Origin: a virus
Taxonomy: Duplodnaviria > Caudoviricetes
Direction: 5' to 3' (one strand)
DNA length: 64,000 nt
Virus record (IMG/VR): IMGVR_UViG_3300018494_000083
Part shown: positions 20,660 through 31,658 of the stretch, in pieces
How positions within the stretch are numbered: position 1 is the first letter of the stretch
Layout of the letters: each line of letters begins with the position of its first letter
Made by a program: the position numbers and the translations under genes
Notes under the pieces: generated by a model
The model's database searches: none
What the model was told of the DNA's origin: nothing
What the model saw: only the letters and a program-made list of their open reading frames with translations

Positions 20660-21388
20660 ATGAATCACACAGATGATATGATTGAACAGGCTATTGACCA
20701 AGCCAAGTCTGATGAAGTATTGTCTGATATCGATGTTGGATATATTCAGGAATGTCTTGAAGGTCAGCTGGAAGATCTTCTGTCTGACTCTACCAAGAAG
20801 AACTACCTGAAGAAACTCGAAGAGAAGCTCAATGCTTCCGATATCGATGAGTCGGATAAAGCACTTGTGCTCAATGGTACATATAACCACGTAATCGATA
20901 TGATTACTGAAAAGTTCAACTTTACTATTGATAGAACTGAGAACCGTCTTGATCTTATCGCTAAGACTCTGTATAAGTTCTTCGTTCTTCAGTACACCCA
21001 CAACGTTACATGCTTTATCGAGTCCTTCATTCTCGAAAACCAGAAGACTATTGTTACAGAACTGTCTGAGAGAGATGATCTTAACACCCGTCACATCGAG
21101 GGTGTAAGCAGCAAACTTTCTCTTGTTCTCAATAATATTTCTGATGTTATCGATATTATTGAAGGCTCGTCTATTACTTTTGATGAGTTCGTTGACTACA
21201 TCATCAAGCATGAAGATGCCAAGTCCTCTGTATCCCAGATTCAGAACTTTACGAATAGTATTATGTCTGACACTGAGGAGATCGTTGGTCTTATCCTTAA
21301 TGGATTGATTAACGAAGATGAAGGATTCTCGAGCATCTATACTGAGCTCCAGTTGAATCTTTACAACAGATTCGCAAATGATAATTAA
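20660..21388 (+). CDS. hypothetical protein (virion cluster)
   Basis: AAGGAG RBS, phage codon usage. Confidence 0.8.
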   Translation: MNHTDDMIEQAIDQAKSDEVLSDIDVGYIQECLEGQLEDLLSDSTKKNYLKKLEEKLNASDIDESDKALVLNGTYNHVIDMITEKFNFTIDRTENRLDLIAKTLYKFFVLQYTHNVTCFIESFILENQKTIVTELSERDDLNTRHIEGVSSKLSLVLNNISDVIDIIEGSSITFDEFVDYIIKHEDAKSSVSQIQNFTNSIMSDTEEIVGLILNGLINEDEGFSSIYTELQLNLYNRFANDN

Positions 21389-21404
21389 AGGAGAAACACA
21401 ACAC

Positions 21405-22787
21405 ATGGAAAATAATAACCCTAATGTAAATATCAACCCTAACAAGGTCTACGGATCCTCTGTACTTGAACAGATTCCTACTCCCGTTGAGGAGGAAGCA
21501 TTCAACGATCAGGAAACCACTAAGTTCACTGATGAGGAAATCTCTGAAATGCGTCAGGAACTCAAGGCTGGAGATGAAGGGGTTGTGAAAGAAAAGATTA
21601 CTACCGACGCACTCTCCGGAGTAACTGCATCTTCTAAGGTAAGCGAGGAATACGCTGAACTCGATAAGATTGATGCAAGCGTCGAAGCTCATAACATTCG
21701 TGGAAAGACACTTCCCGAGCATACTATCGAAAGAATCAAGACAATGGTTGGTGTTGATATCACCACCGATGATTCCCACCGAATTGCTCAGTACTTCGAA
21801 TCCTTTGGCGTAAATGCTGATGGAGAACCGGCACTTGTGGACGTAACTTTCCAGAACTGCAATAGTGAGGACGTTCGTGAAGCACTTGGTACATCTATTA
21901 TGGATGTAATCACCAAGCTTGCTGATAACGATGATGAAGCCGATCGTATTGCAAAGAGACTCATGGAGCAGATCTATGCGTCTTATCATGCTGCTGTCGA
22001 ATACAACGATGATATGAGAGAACTCTCTATGATCACAAGAAGAGTTAAGGAGATGGCAGATAAGGGTATTGACCCTAATATAAGAAATATTGACAATGTT
22101 TCTGAAGAGGCGGTTGAGAACCAGCTTAAGGATCTTAACCAGACTCAGAAGTGGATCGAAAGATATCTTGAGATCAGAAGCAAGCTCGATTCTCGCAACA
22201 AGAAGCTCAAGCAGGATTATACCATTGACGATATCGATACGAAGACTATCGAGGAAGTTAAGGTAGCTCTTGATGATGCACTTGAGATGAAGACTCTCCT
22301 TGAGGGCTGTCTCTCTCCCAAGTTTGTTGCGGACTTTAAGAACCATAAGGAATGTGACAGAATCATCAAGAACTGGATCACTGATATTAAGAATGATCCG
22401 GATACTCTGTATACATTCCCCACTAATGATTACTACACGATCGAGAAGACAAAGACTGACGTACTTGACTACTTGTACGGAGCTTTGTTAGCTCAGCAGT
22501 ATATTGATCATCCTATTCCCGAGGATGCAATGACTGATGATCCTGGTCAGTATTATATTAAGTCTGGCGTAGCTACGAAGCAGGATATCCTTGTTATTAA
22601 GGAGAAAGCATACCTTATCCTGTTTACTATCGCTAAGACTTTTAAATATAAGAAGCTCAGATTGAATATTTACATGAGAAGAGTTCTTTCTTACACTCTC
22701 GATATGATGAGTAAGATGAACAATCCTGTTTACCGTGTGAAGTTCTTCGATCTGGCTAATACGCTCTATTCACGTTACATCAAGTAA
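21405..22787 (+). CDS. hypothetical protein (virion cluster)
   Basis: ATG at 21405 after AAGGAG. Confidence 0.8.
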   Translation: MENNNPNVNINPNKVYGSSVLEQIPTPVEEEAFNDQETTKFTDEEISEMRQELKAGDEGVVKEKITTDALSGVTASSKVSEEYAELDKIDASVEAHNIRGKTLPEHTIERIKTMVGVDITTDDSHRIAQYFESFGVNADGEPALVDVTFQNCNSEDVREALGTSIMDVITKLADNDDEADRIAKRLMEQIYASYHAAVEYNDDMRELSMITRRVKEMADKGIDPNIRNIDNVSEEAVENQLKDLNQTQKWIERYLEIRSKLDSRNKKLKQDYTIDDIDTKTIEEVKVALDDALEMKTLLEGCLSPKFVADFKNHKECDRIIKNWITDIKNDPDTLYTFPTNDYYTIEKTKTDVLDYLYGALLAQQYIDHPIPEDAMTDDPGQYYIKSGVATKQDILVIKEKAYLILFTIAKTFKYKKLRLNIYMRRVLSYTLDMMSKMNNPVYRVKFFDLANTLYSRYIK

Positions 22788-22814
22788 TAAACCATGAAAA
22801 GGAGATTTTAACCA

Positions 22815-23294
22815 ATGGAAATTTTCATCGATGTACTATTTGTGATTCTCGCTGTGCTTATTACCGGCGTGCTCGCAGTTCTTGCAGCTCTTGCATTCAA
22901 GGCAATCAAGAGTCTTCTCAAGAAGATGGGCATTCAGATCAGCACTGAACAGGAGAACGCTATCAAGAATGGCGTCACTCAGGTAGTTCAGTGGCTCAAC
23001 CAGACACTTGTCGGAAAGCTTAAAGAAGCCAACCCTGATAACAAGCTGACAGAAGAGCAGATCGCTGAGATCAATAAGAAGGCGAAAGATATGATTGGAA
23101 CGATCCTTACTGCAGATCAGATTGAGTTGCTTATGGAGAAATACGGCGATATGGATCTGGCACTGGATATTCTTATTGAGTCGACAGTTGACACGAACCA
23201 TGCTACAGTCTACACTGCACTTCCGATCATCGCAAATACTGATTCCACAAGCGGCAGCGTACCGGCTGAACCGACCGAAGAAACTGTGGAGTAA
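22815..23294 (+). CDS. putative holin (LL-H-like architecture)
   Basis: Single N-terminal TM helix, then NKLTEEQ...YGD....IESTV pattern of Clostridia-phage holin-like proteins. Confidence 0.55.
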   Translation: MEIFIDVLFVILAVLITGVLAVLAALAFKAIKSLLKKMGIQISTEQENAIKNGVTQVVQWLNQTLVGKLKEANPDNKLTEEQIAEINKKAKDMIGTILTADQIELLMEKYGDMDLALDILIESTVDTNHATVYTALPIIANTDSTSGSVPAEPTEETVE

Positions 23295-23306
23295 TCAAAC
23301 AAACAG

Positions 23307-23340
23307 AGGTAGATAGGAGAAATTCCTATCTACCTTTTTT
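23307..23340 (+). terminator. intrinsic terminator
   Basis: aggtagatagga/tcctatctacct followed by T tract. Confidence 0.8.
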
Positions 23341-23385
23341 ATCATTTAAGCCGTAAAACAACTATATAAAAGGAGGAGACTGCCC

Positions 23386-24123
23386 ATGAAAACTAATTTA
23401 CTCAAGTCTGAAAATGGACAAATCTTTTATACTGGTGCTAAGATGGAGCTCTTTGTTCCCTCCGAGTACTTTAAAACTAGATTAGCTGAGGAAGTTGGTA
23501 CGGGGTATAAGATCTTCGGATATGTTAGAGCCTATCATTACGACGAAAAGAATGATAATAGACAATCCGCAACTAAGAGCGTACTTGCATACCCTCTTAT
23601 GTTTTATACAGTCCCTGATTCGGTCACTGTTGAGAAGATTAATTTCTTCGGAACCGAAGAGAAGTACCATGTCTTCACTTACTACAAGAATAGTGTAGTC
23701 TTTGCTAATAGTGAAATTATTCAAGATGCTAATAATGTACAGACTTTCTTCAATATGTTGATGAATGGTAAACTGGACATTGTTGAGTATAAAACTATCC
23801 CGAGAATGCTCCAGCTCTGTAAGATCTATAATGGGGTATCTTTCGGAGTTCCTGCTATGTATGAGGAAGTAATCATTGCTGACTACTATCGTAATCCTGA
23901 TGATCCTAGAGAGCCTGCACGATTTGTTGCAGCTGTCACCGATAAGGATCCTTTCTTCGCAAGAGGTATCAGTCAGAGAGAGAAAGTAAGCTATTCTTCC
24001 ACCTTTGCAGGTATTACTTTTGAGGATATTAATGCGATGATGGTCATGGCTGATAACGCTAAGCGTGAGGGTCGTGAGGAGAAAATCTCCGAGGTTGAGA
24101 AGGTAACACTTGGTTTAAAGTGA
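23386..24123 (+). CDS. putative RNA polymerase beta' C-terminal fragment (virion RNAP)
   Basis: NGVSFGVPAMYEEVIIADYYR resembles RpoC GVKINDKHIEVIVRQM; GISQREKVSYSSTFAGITFED resembles [20 protein letters not shown]; late motif at 23357. Confidence 0.55.
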   Translation: MKTNLLKSENGQIFYTGAKMELFVPSEYFKTRLAEEVGTGYKIFGYVRAYHYDEKNDNRQSATKSVLAYPLMFYTVPDSVTVEKINFFGTEEKYHVFTYYKNSVVFANSEIIQDANNVQTFFNMLMNGKLDIVEYKTIPRMLQLCKIYNGVSFGVPAMYEEVIIADYYRNPDDPREPARFVAAVTDKDPFFARGISQREKVSYSSTFAGITFEDINAMMVMADNAKREGREEKISEVEKVTLGLK

Positions 24124-24217
24124 TTATTTCTTGCTATAAATAACATTACATTAATGATTCTGATATTTCAATTCAATAAATGATATAATTAATCCACGAT
24201 AAGGAGGATATAACTAT

Positions 24218-26065
24218 ATGGCTAAATTGGTTTATCCTAGCTCTATGCCATATGATGAAGTGAATATTGTAGACAATAGTGTCTATGAAGATATTATTGT
24301 TGATGTGAACGCTGGTATTCCCACTGGTCCCATTGCATTTATCCCCTTCATCTCACCTCGTGGCTATGGAGAAGATAATAAACTCGTCTATATGGACGCT
24401 ACAAGACTTAGCCGTTATGGAACTCCCAACCTGAACAAGTATGGTCTCTCCCTGTATCTTGCTGCAAGATTTATCCAGGGTGGTGGTACCGTTCTTGGTA
24501 TGCGTGTTGTTCCTGCTTACGACGAGACTAAGTCTACTGGTGCAACATATGCAAACGCATGTGTATACGCACTTGTTTCGGCTTCTAAGATTACCTACGG
24601 TGTCAAAGCCATCACTTCCGGCAATGTAGCTGCAGACTTCAAGACTGCATCTGCTGAAGATCTTGAGATCACGGTTGCAGAAGGCGAGACTCTCTATAAA
24701 CTTTTCGTAATCAGAGCTAAGGCTGCTGGTAACTTTGCTAACAGCTTCTACTTTACGATCACTGCAGATGCTACCATGAACACTGCTGCTGAAGAGGAAG
24801 GTCTCGATGCTTTCTTCTACAAGTTCGCAGACAGCGATGGTGGCGAAACCCTCGACGGTAACCTCGTCTTCACTTTCGCAGAGGACTTCCTCTACAATGA
24901 AGAGTCGATGGATCCCGTTGATGTATTCGACGACTACAGCGAGAACGTTGTATTCGAGAAGATCACCGGCGACAATGGTTTTGCTGCATTCATGACGGCT
25001 ATTAAGGCTGACGGTTCTGCCGACTTTATTACGGCTAGTACGTATGTTGCTAAGGATGAGACGGGCGTTGCTACGACCACTTACACCGTTGACAACACTG
25101 CTCTTGCTGGTACTACCATTAGCCTCTCCGGTGCAATTGACATTTGGGGTGGTAAGACCTTTGACTGGGATAATGACCCGTTTGCTGAAGCACTTGCTGT
25201 TGCTTACGGTAACGCTGGTGAAGCTCCTGCAACTGAAAACCCCTGCTACAACGACCTTATCTATGATCAGGCTCGTTATCCGTTCCAGTATATGTTTGCT
25301 CCTACCTATGACGCTGCTGTCATGCTTTCGATGCATAAGCTTGTTCAGGACAGACATATCACCCACGCAAACTATATCGTTCCCTACAAGGCAACCTATG
25401 CTGCTCAGATCACTAACTGGAAGGCTGTTGAGACTGCAAGTCAGGTAATCCTCGACGACTGGAGAGAAGTATTCGTACCTGAGTGGTGCTATGTACGTGA
25501 CGTTTACACCGGTAAGAAGATCAAGGTTCCCGCAGTGTACATGGATGCTTATGGCTATCCTAAGCACTGGATCGAGAGACAGGGTCGTCCTTATGCCGGT
25601 CTTGCTAACTACTCTTGGACTGACTACGAGACTAACACTGTTATGCCTTGTACTTCGTCTGCTGCTCAGCTCATTGCTAACCACAATGCTCGTTTCAATA
25701 CGATGGTTGAGGATGGCAACGGCGTAGCTGTTCCTTACGAGCAGATCACTCGTCAGACTAAGACTAGTGCTCTTTCCGAGATCAACAATACTTACGTATT
25801 GACTGATATGATCCGTATCGCTCTGGCTATCGCTAACCAGAAGAGATGGACTGACCTCACTGATGCAGCTGTTGAAGCTTATAAGGATGAGGTTCTCAAC
25901 ACTATTTCCGCTGAACTCGGTGCGTCTTACGATAGACTCACTGTTATCTCTACCAGAGAGTCGGCAAACGGCGCTGGTAGAAATAGAATCGCATGTACTC
26001 TGAACGTTAAGTTCAAGGACATCCTCAAGGGTGTTACTTACACGTTCTATATTGCTGCAAACTAA
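24218..26065 (+). CDS. tail sheath protein
   Basis: 615 aa, high-expression codons, sheath-like N-terminus (YGTPN..KYG) and C-terminus (SALSEINN), directly upstream of tube-sized gene; late motif at 24142. Confidence 0.75.
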   Translation: MAKLVYPSSMPYDEVNIVDNSVYEDIIVDVNAGIPTGPIAFIPFISPRGYGEDNKLVYMDATRLSRYGTPNLNKYGLSLYLAARFIQGGGTVLGMRVVPAYDETKSTGATYANACVYALVSASKITYGVKAITSGNVAADFKTASAEDLEITVAEGETLYKLFVIRAKAAGNFANSFYFTITADATMNTAAEEEGLDAFFYKFADSDGGETLDGNLVFTFAEDFLYNEESMDPVDVFDDYSENVVFEKITGDNGFAAFMTAIKADGSADFITASTYVAKDETGVATTTYTVDNTALAGTTISLSGAIDIWGGKTFDWDNDPFAEALAVAYGNAGEAPATENPCYNDLIYDQARYPFQYMFAPTYDAAVMLSMHKLVQDRHITHANYIVPYKATYAAQITNWKAVETASQVILDDWREVFVPEWCYVRDVYTGKKIKVPAVYMDAYGYPKHWIERQGRPYAGLANYSWTDYETNTVMPCTSSAAQLIANHNARFNTMVEDGNGVAVPYEQITRQTKTSALSEINNTYVLTDMIRIALAIANQKRWTDLTDAAVEAYKDEVLNTISAELGASYDRLTVISTRESANGAGRNRIACTLNVKFKDILKGVTYTFYIAAN

Positions 26066-26082
26066 GAAAGGAGGAAATGTAA

Positions 26083-27030
26083 ATGGCTACTGTTTATGAA
26101 TCTGCTAACGCGAAAGCTCAAGTAACCAGAGACTCTGCTCTTGGTCGTATGGCTGGTGGTACTAAAGGTGGTAAGGATCTTACCCTGAAGTCTGCAAGCT
26201 CTGCTTATAGCGTATTCAATGACCCTGCTGGTAAGGGTGCTGCTAACCGTTCGTTCCTCAACAGCCGTTTGTGGCACGGTGTTCCTCAGCTTACTGAGGA
26301 GCAGATGAAGATGTTTGAGGCTGCTTACAGCGGTCACACATTCTTCTTCGTTACGGGTCTTCCTAAGTTCATGACCACTGGTATGTATGCTGATGCAAAC
26401 ACCCATGTTCATGCACTTATCAAAAACTTTAAAACTATCGTCGAGAGATGCTGCGTATCCTACTCCGGTGCTCAGGGACTCACTCTTAACACTGCTGATC
26501 AGGAAGATGGTGCAACTCGTAAGATTTCGCACGCTATCAATGCTCAGAAGGAACAGGGTGATATCCAGCTTAAGCTCCATGAGTTCGCAGGTCTTCCTGT
26601 AAGAAATGCTCTTGAAGCATGGGTTAACGGTATCTTCGATTACAGATCTCAGCACGGTAACTATCTCGGCAACCTTGGTATCCAGGGTGGTTGGTGTCTT
26701 GCTAACCATACCATGGGTCTGCTCGTTGTCCAGACTGACCCCTCTTGGACTGAGATCCAGGATGCAGTTTACTACTGCAATATCCTTCCCACTGAAGTTC
26801 CTTTCGATTCCTTTAACTTTGATAAGGGTGAAGGCACGATCGTTCCCGATTACGACCTCACTTTCAAGGCTAACGAGATTCGTTCCGAGGCTGTTATGAA
26901 GGCAGCTGAAGCTTACATGAACAACAGAATTCTCACTATGGTGAATACTGCTGTTTACAAGGGCTCTGCTTTCGATCCTGGTCTCAAGACTACGAAGGCT
27001 GAAACTGACTGGGAGGGCAAGATCAACTGA
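26083..27030 (+). CDS. tail tube protein
   Basis: 315 aa after sheath gene; HEFAGLPV...WVNGIFD, QTDPS, NILPT resemble phiKZ-like tube proteins. Confidence 0.7.
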   Translation: MATVYESANAKAQVTRDSALGRMAGGTKGGKDLTLKSASSAYSVFNDPAGKGAANRSFLNSRLWHGVPQLTEEQMKMFEAAYSGHTFFFVTGLPKFMTTGMYADANTHVHALIKNFKTIVERCCVSYSGAQGLTLNTADQEDGATRKISHAINAQKEQGDIQLKLHEFAGLPVRNALEAWVNGIFDYRSQHGNYLGNLGIQGGWCLANHTMGLLVVQTDPSWTEIQDAVYYCNILPTEVPFDSFNFDKGEGTIVPDYDLTFKANEIRSEAVMKAAEAYMNNRILTMVNTAVYKGSAFDPGLKTTKAETDWEGKIN

Positions 27031-27062
27031 TCTTAACCAACAACCAAACAAAACAAATAAAT

Positions 27063-27096
27063 CCCCTATGGAGAGAAATCTCCATAGGGGTTATTT
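27063..27096. terminator. bidirectional intrinsic terminator between convergent genes
   Basis: cccctatggaga/tctccatagggg stem. Confidence 0.8.
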
Positions 27097-27110
27097 TCGT
27101 TTAGTGGATA

Positions 27111-29408
27111 TTAGAATACATCACCGGTAGCATCTGTTCCAGTCTGAATCTCTTCTTTCTTCTTTTCACCAACTGCTGATTCTTGTGCTTTCTTTACCAT
27201 AGTATCGATAGCATCCCAATCAAGGGTAGGCATGTTAGCTTTAAAGTATTCAAGTTTGAAGAGTCTGACCTGCTTGTCTGCGAGAGTCTCTGCTTCAGGA
27301 GCAATGAGAAGCTGCGACAGAGTATCTGCCATTTCAGTGATAGAGTTAATTCTCTCTCTGTTCATCTCGAAGACGATTACAGAAGGAGGATTAAGAGTAA
27401 GTTCGATATCACCAAGAGCTTCAAACTCAGGGTATTCATAACTTACAATAAGTCTGAACATCTTTGTCAGATCAGGAACGATTTCATTCTGAGCATCGAG
27501 AGTTGCCTTAGCCATATCCATGTTAGACATAGCGATAGTCTTAGCGAACTCAATATTCTCAAAATCATCAATTACAGAAGCAGGTACACCAAACGACTGG
27601 ATAATCGATTTGATAAGCCACTGTAAGAAGTCGTTGTTCATGTCGACATTCTGTCCAGAGATTGTTTCTGTTTCAATAGGTCTTTCGCCATCAACAGATA
27701 CAGGCATAAATACATCGACAGTGGAACCAACGAGGTTAAAGATCTCATTGATTGTACCCATGTCAGAGTATCTAATCTGGTTCTGTTTAATAGCTCTGAT
27801 AGCAGAGTTAGTATGACCCTCGATATCAGTAGTAAGACCAGTCTTAACATAGTAGATATTTCTATCTGCACCTCTGGTAACATTTGTGATTACGTTCGAG
27901 AGAAGGGTAAGGATATAAAGCTTTGCAAGGAACATGCAATTCTTCATAATGGATCCTTCTTTTCTTCTGAACTCACATACATCATCAGGATGGAAGAATA
28001 CTACTCGCTTCTTATTTCTATGAAGCGCGTTGTCTTTAACGAACTCATAGATAATATCAAGATCATCGTAGTTATCATTGATAAAGCGATGGTCGATAGC
28101 CTGAATGAGTTTATCGCCAATTGCTTTGATAACAAGTTCTTCAACACGAGCAGCATTGTTAGTTTTATCATTCTTCATATATACACTGGAATTGATCTTA
28201 TCCATAACAGAAGACAGGTTCTGAGACTTCGAAGTCTCATATTTATCCTCTACATAGAGGTAACCAATAAGTGTATCACGAAGCTTAAAGGGAATAACTT
28301 TACTTGGGGCAAGTTCCTCAAGATGACATCCACGGAAATCAACTTTCTCACGGATCTTCTTGATTGTCTTTGCGTCAACCATACCTTCTGCAGCAACCTG
28401 ATCGAAGTCGATAATCTTCTTCTTAGAGGATGCTTTAACTGCAGCTTTATAGTTACGGATGATTGTTTTCATATCACCATCCGAAGTATCAGTTGTCTTA
28501 GCAATAGCAACTGCTTCGTTGATGATTGCATTGCGATAGTAATTTGCACCACCGCGAATGAATTCGATACCTTCCAAGGCTTCGTTAATAGCCTTATTCA
28601 GTACTGTGTTATCGATTTTCTCCTCTTTCTTCTGACTCTTAGAGATGTTATTCGGGTCTTCATAATACTCAAGTGTAATAGCACTCTCAAGAAGATTATC
28701 CGTGAACTGAGAAGATTCTTGGAGAAGGGATTTAGCTTGGTATGCACCGACAAGATCGATGATAGAATTTACGAAAGCATCTGCAGACTCGTTATTAACA
28801 TTGTCACTATCAAGCATATCGGGGATAGATGCATAAGGAACAACAGTAACATACTTTACAGAAGCAATGAGATATTCCATGACATAGTCCTGGAGCTTCT
28901 CATTCAGTTCGTATTTGCCAATGAGTTTATCAATCTTATCTCTATCAGCCTGGCTTACATTGGTAGCATACTTGACACCAATAGAGCCATCAGCCATTGC
29001 ATCAGGAGAAATGATATTATTCTTAATCGCTGTGATAACTTTGTGGATCTGAGGAATGCAACGTTTAATAACCTCGTAGTCTTTCAAGGTCTGAGCGAAC
29101 TTTGCATTCTCTGCTCCGATAAGTTTCTGCACAGAGTTAAGCATATCCTGATTATTTATAATTTCATATAGATCTTCTTGGTTTTTAGCCCCATTTGATA
29201 CTTTTGCTTTAGTTACATAGGAGTTGATAACTCTACGGTCATCATCTATGATTTTAGCTTGAATATCGTCTATATATGAGTCAAGATCAGCCTTGACAAC
29301 ATCTTCAGGCTTACGACCAATACCGTAGATTTGTGCATCGGTAGATCGCGTTGCTGTGTTAAGATCTTTGATCTTTGTCAGCATCGAGCTTTTTCTATTA
29401 TCTGCCAT
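27111..29408 (-). CDS. portal protein
   Basis: TRGADRNIYYV, PIETETISGQ, SFGVPAS resemble T4 gp20-type portal motifs; late motif AACA-ATTATA-TA at 29446-29457. Confidence 0.75.
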   Translation of the reverse strand: MADNRKSSMLTKIKDLNTATRSTDAQIYGIGRKPEDVVKADLDSYIDDIQAKIIDDDRRVINSYVTKAKVSNGAKNQEDLYEIINNQDMLNSVQKLIGAENAKFAQTLKDYEVIKRCIPQIHKVITAIKNNIISPDAMADGSIGVKYATNVSQADRDKIDKLIGKYELNEKLQDYVMEYLIASVKYVTVVPYASIPDMLDSDNVNNESADAFVNSIIDLVGAYQAKSLLQESSQFTDNLLESAITLEYYEDPNNISKSQKKEEKIDNTVLNKAINEALEGIEFIRGGANYYRNAIINEAVAIAKTTDTSDGDMKTIIRNYKAAVKASSKKKIIDFDQVAAEGMVDAKTIKKIREKVDFRGCHLEELAPSKVIPFKLRDTLIGYLYVEDKYETSKSQNLSSVMDKINSSVYMKNDKTNNAARVEELVIKAIGDKLIQAIDHRFINDNYDDLDIIYEFVKDNALHRNKKRVVFFHPDDVCEFRRKEGSIMKNCMFLAKLYILTLLSNVITNVTRGADRNIYYVKTGLTTDIEGHTNSAIRAIKQNQIRYSDMGTINEIFNLVGSTVDVFMPVSVDGERPIETETISGQNVDMNNDFLQWLIKSIIQSFGVPASVIDDFENIEFAKTIAMSNMDMAKATLDAQNEIVPDLTKMFRLIVSYEYPEFEALGDIELTLNPPSVIVFEMNRERINSITEMADTLSQLLIAPEAETLADKQVRLFKLEYFKANMPTLDWDAIDTMVKKAQESAVGEKKKEEIQTGTDATGDVF

Positions 29409-29499
29409 GTGTCACAAAGCTCCTTTCTTAGTTATAAATCTTAATTATATAATTGTTTCTTCGGTCATTAATTAGCAATGTGAAGAAAAAAAATAAAGA

Positions 29500-29529
29500 T
29501 GTGGCATGGGAATCACCCATGCCACTTTT
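29500..29529. terminator. intrinsic terminator
   Basis: gtggcatggg/cccatgccac stem with A/T tracts. Confidence 0.75.
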
Positions 29530-29531
29530 CT

Positions 29532-30431
29532 TTATATCTTAACACACTTGTAAATATTACAAATAAAGGTACTAGAAGTATCTACTAATGCCGACATGTA
29601 ATATTCTTTTTCGTTTATATCAAATATATCCAATGACAGCTTTGACGCAGCAGACATTGTCAAGAATAAGTTTTTCATTATTCTGAGAGTTCTCTGTTTA
29701 CCATCGATAACTGGATACAGCTCGGTAGGAATATTAGAGTTCGATATATTAGATATCTCTTCCTGGTCGAAAGACTTGCTATAAACATGCTCACATTCCT
29801 TGAGCTTGTTCATAACTTTAATAACTTTCGCCATTACACGATTCTCAGTATTGGTATAATACAGAGTGGTAGTGTGCTTTACGAGTTCCATATGAGATTT
29901 GAGAGTTGCCAAATATTTCAGGTAGAGATTATATATTTCCATATTACTCTCCCAACCCTTCTTATATGCAACTACAATCTCAAAGTCTGTGAATCCTTTC
30001 TCGGTTGCATACTTGGCAAACTTGTTGATCTCGAATACTTCGTTAACCATCTCCTCACATTCAAATGTGAGTTCAAGTCGATTCATATATTCTTTATAAC
30101 CAACAAAGTTACCAGTCTGTAATAAACTATAGAGCTCTCCGCCATTAACTCGAATCATATGTCCAAGTAATGGAGATAGAGCACCCATAAGTTTAGGATC
30201 GATAAATCCAACAGAAATATGGTTACCAAAGATAACCTCATAACCAGGAGCAGTATTCGATGAATAATCATAAGCGAATAGCATACCCTGATACATATAA
30301 TACTCAGTGCTAGATGCTAGTTTTCTACCGAAGTTATTAACCTTCTTCAAGGCTGCTAACTCATCTTTAAAAGATGTGGAAAACTCTCTAGGATCTGAGG
30401 TATCTTTTATAGAAGAAAATAGATTATGCAC
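29532..30431 (-). CDS. hypothetical protein
   Basis: ORF coupled to polymerase gene, AAGGAG RBS. Confidence 0.75.
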   Translation of the reverse strand: MHNLFSSIKDTSDPREFSTSFKDELAALKKVNNFGRKLASSTEYYMYQGMLFAYDYSSNTAPGYEVIFGNHISVGFIDPKLMGALSPLLGHMIRVNGGELYSLLQTGNFVGYKEYMNRLELTFECEEMVNEVFEINKFAKYATEKGFTDFEIVVAYKKGWESNMEIYNLYLKYLATLKSHMELVKHTTTLYYTNTENRVMAKVIKVMNKLKECEHVYSKSFDQEEISNISNSNIPTELYPVIDGKQRTLRIMKNLFLTMSAASKLSLDIFDINEKEYYMSALVDTSSTFICNIYKCVKI

Positions 30432-31294
30432 TTAAGTCATTCTCCTTTCTTCTAGCCTTGATTCTTGCGAATCCATCAACCATCTCAATGGAATACTTGA
30501 TTCTGTCATGATGTCTCTTCTTCCATTCCTTGATCATCATTTCCTTGGTAGGAAGACCGAACCATGCACCAATCTTAGCCATATCACCTGTCTCATAATC
30601 CTCGATAAACTTACCAGCTCTCATGAACTTAGGATTATTATCAGGATTCTCATTAGGCAGAACTTTCTCAGGAATGATAAGTCTACCCCACTGAGTATGG
30701 CTTGCGATATTGGCAGTGATCTTTGCATTAGGATACATCGAACTATAGTCAAAGTCACAGGTCAGCTTAAACATACGAGAAGATCTAGAACCAAACAATT
30801 CAATTCCTTCTGCAGCATTCAGGTTAGGATCACCAACAACTGCACCAGGAAGTGACATATCGTCATAGTCTTTATCTTCATCGTCTTCTCCATCACCTCT
30901 GATACTCTTGTAAAGTTCAATATCCTCTGCAAGTTCACTGGTCGATGTATTGACGTAGTTTACATTTATATTATTACCTGGCACGATATCCATCATAAAA
31001 TAGTTAATCGCCCAGAAGTTCTTCAGATACACAGATTGTTTAAGAGTCTTGGAGAATCTTGTTCCTCCGTACATAGACTGGTCAAACAGGGTATCTAAAT
31101 CGTTTGTTACTTCATCAATTCCGTACTGAAGTAAAACGTCGTTGATAGAGTATTTTACAAAGTTCCAATACTCTTCAATAGCACCGTTAAGTACTGTAAC
31201 CGTATTCTTTGAATAACGGCGTTTCTCTGCCTTCAACTCAATATGTGCAATATTATCGAGGCTGTTACCTCCGTAGTCCGAGTAGGACTTTCTT
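30424..31294 (-). CDS. family B DNA polymerase N-terminal subunit, exon 2
   Basis: YSINDVLL (ExoIII), LPGAVV, DFDYSSMYPN (motif A); ends without motifs B/C. Confidence 0.85.
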
Positions 31295-31658
31295 CGTTAT
31301 CTTCACTAAGGTCGTTAATCTTAGCAGTTCTCTTATGAACTTCTCCAGTCTTTCTCTGGATGTCGAGACTATATCATCATCTATTAAAGATGTCTACCAT
31401 TTCGATTTAAGGGAATCTCACCCACCCACTTGGGTCCTACTTCTGTTGCAATTGCTTGCCAAGGAATAGTCGTTGAACGTTCTCTATATAGAGCTTCGCT
31501 GCTGATGATCCATTATAAAAATACCTAGGATTTAACCATATACCATCCTCTAACTTGTTTCTACTTTCGTTCCCGAATCAGGCATAGAGGCTTTAGGACT
31601 TTCCAGCAATTAGATAGAAATTTTTTCGAACACGTCTCCGTGAACGGGGACTAAATTT
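31295..31658 (-). mobile_element. group I intron (364 nt, no ORF) in DNA polymerase gene
   Basis: P1 GGGAU/GUCCC; core gttcaacgacta and gatatagtc; splicing gives DQMLNYAG-IRKSYSDYGGNSLDNIA in frame. Confidence 0.9.
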
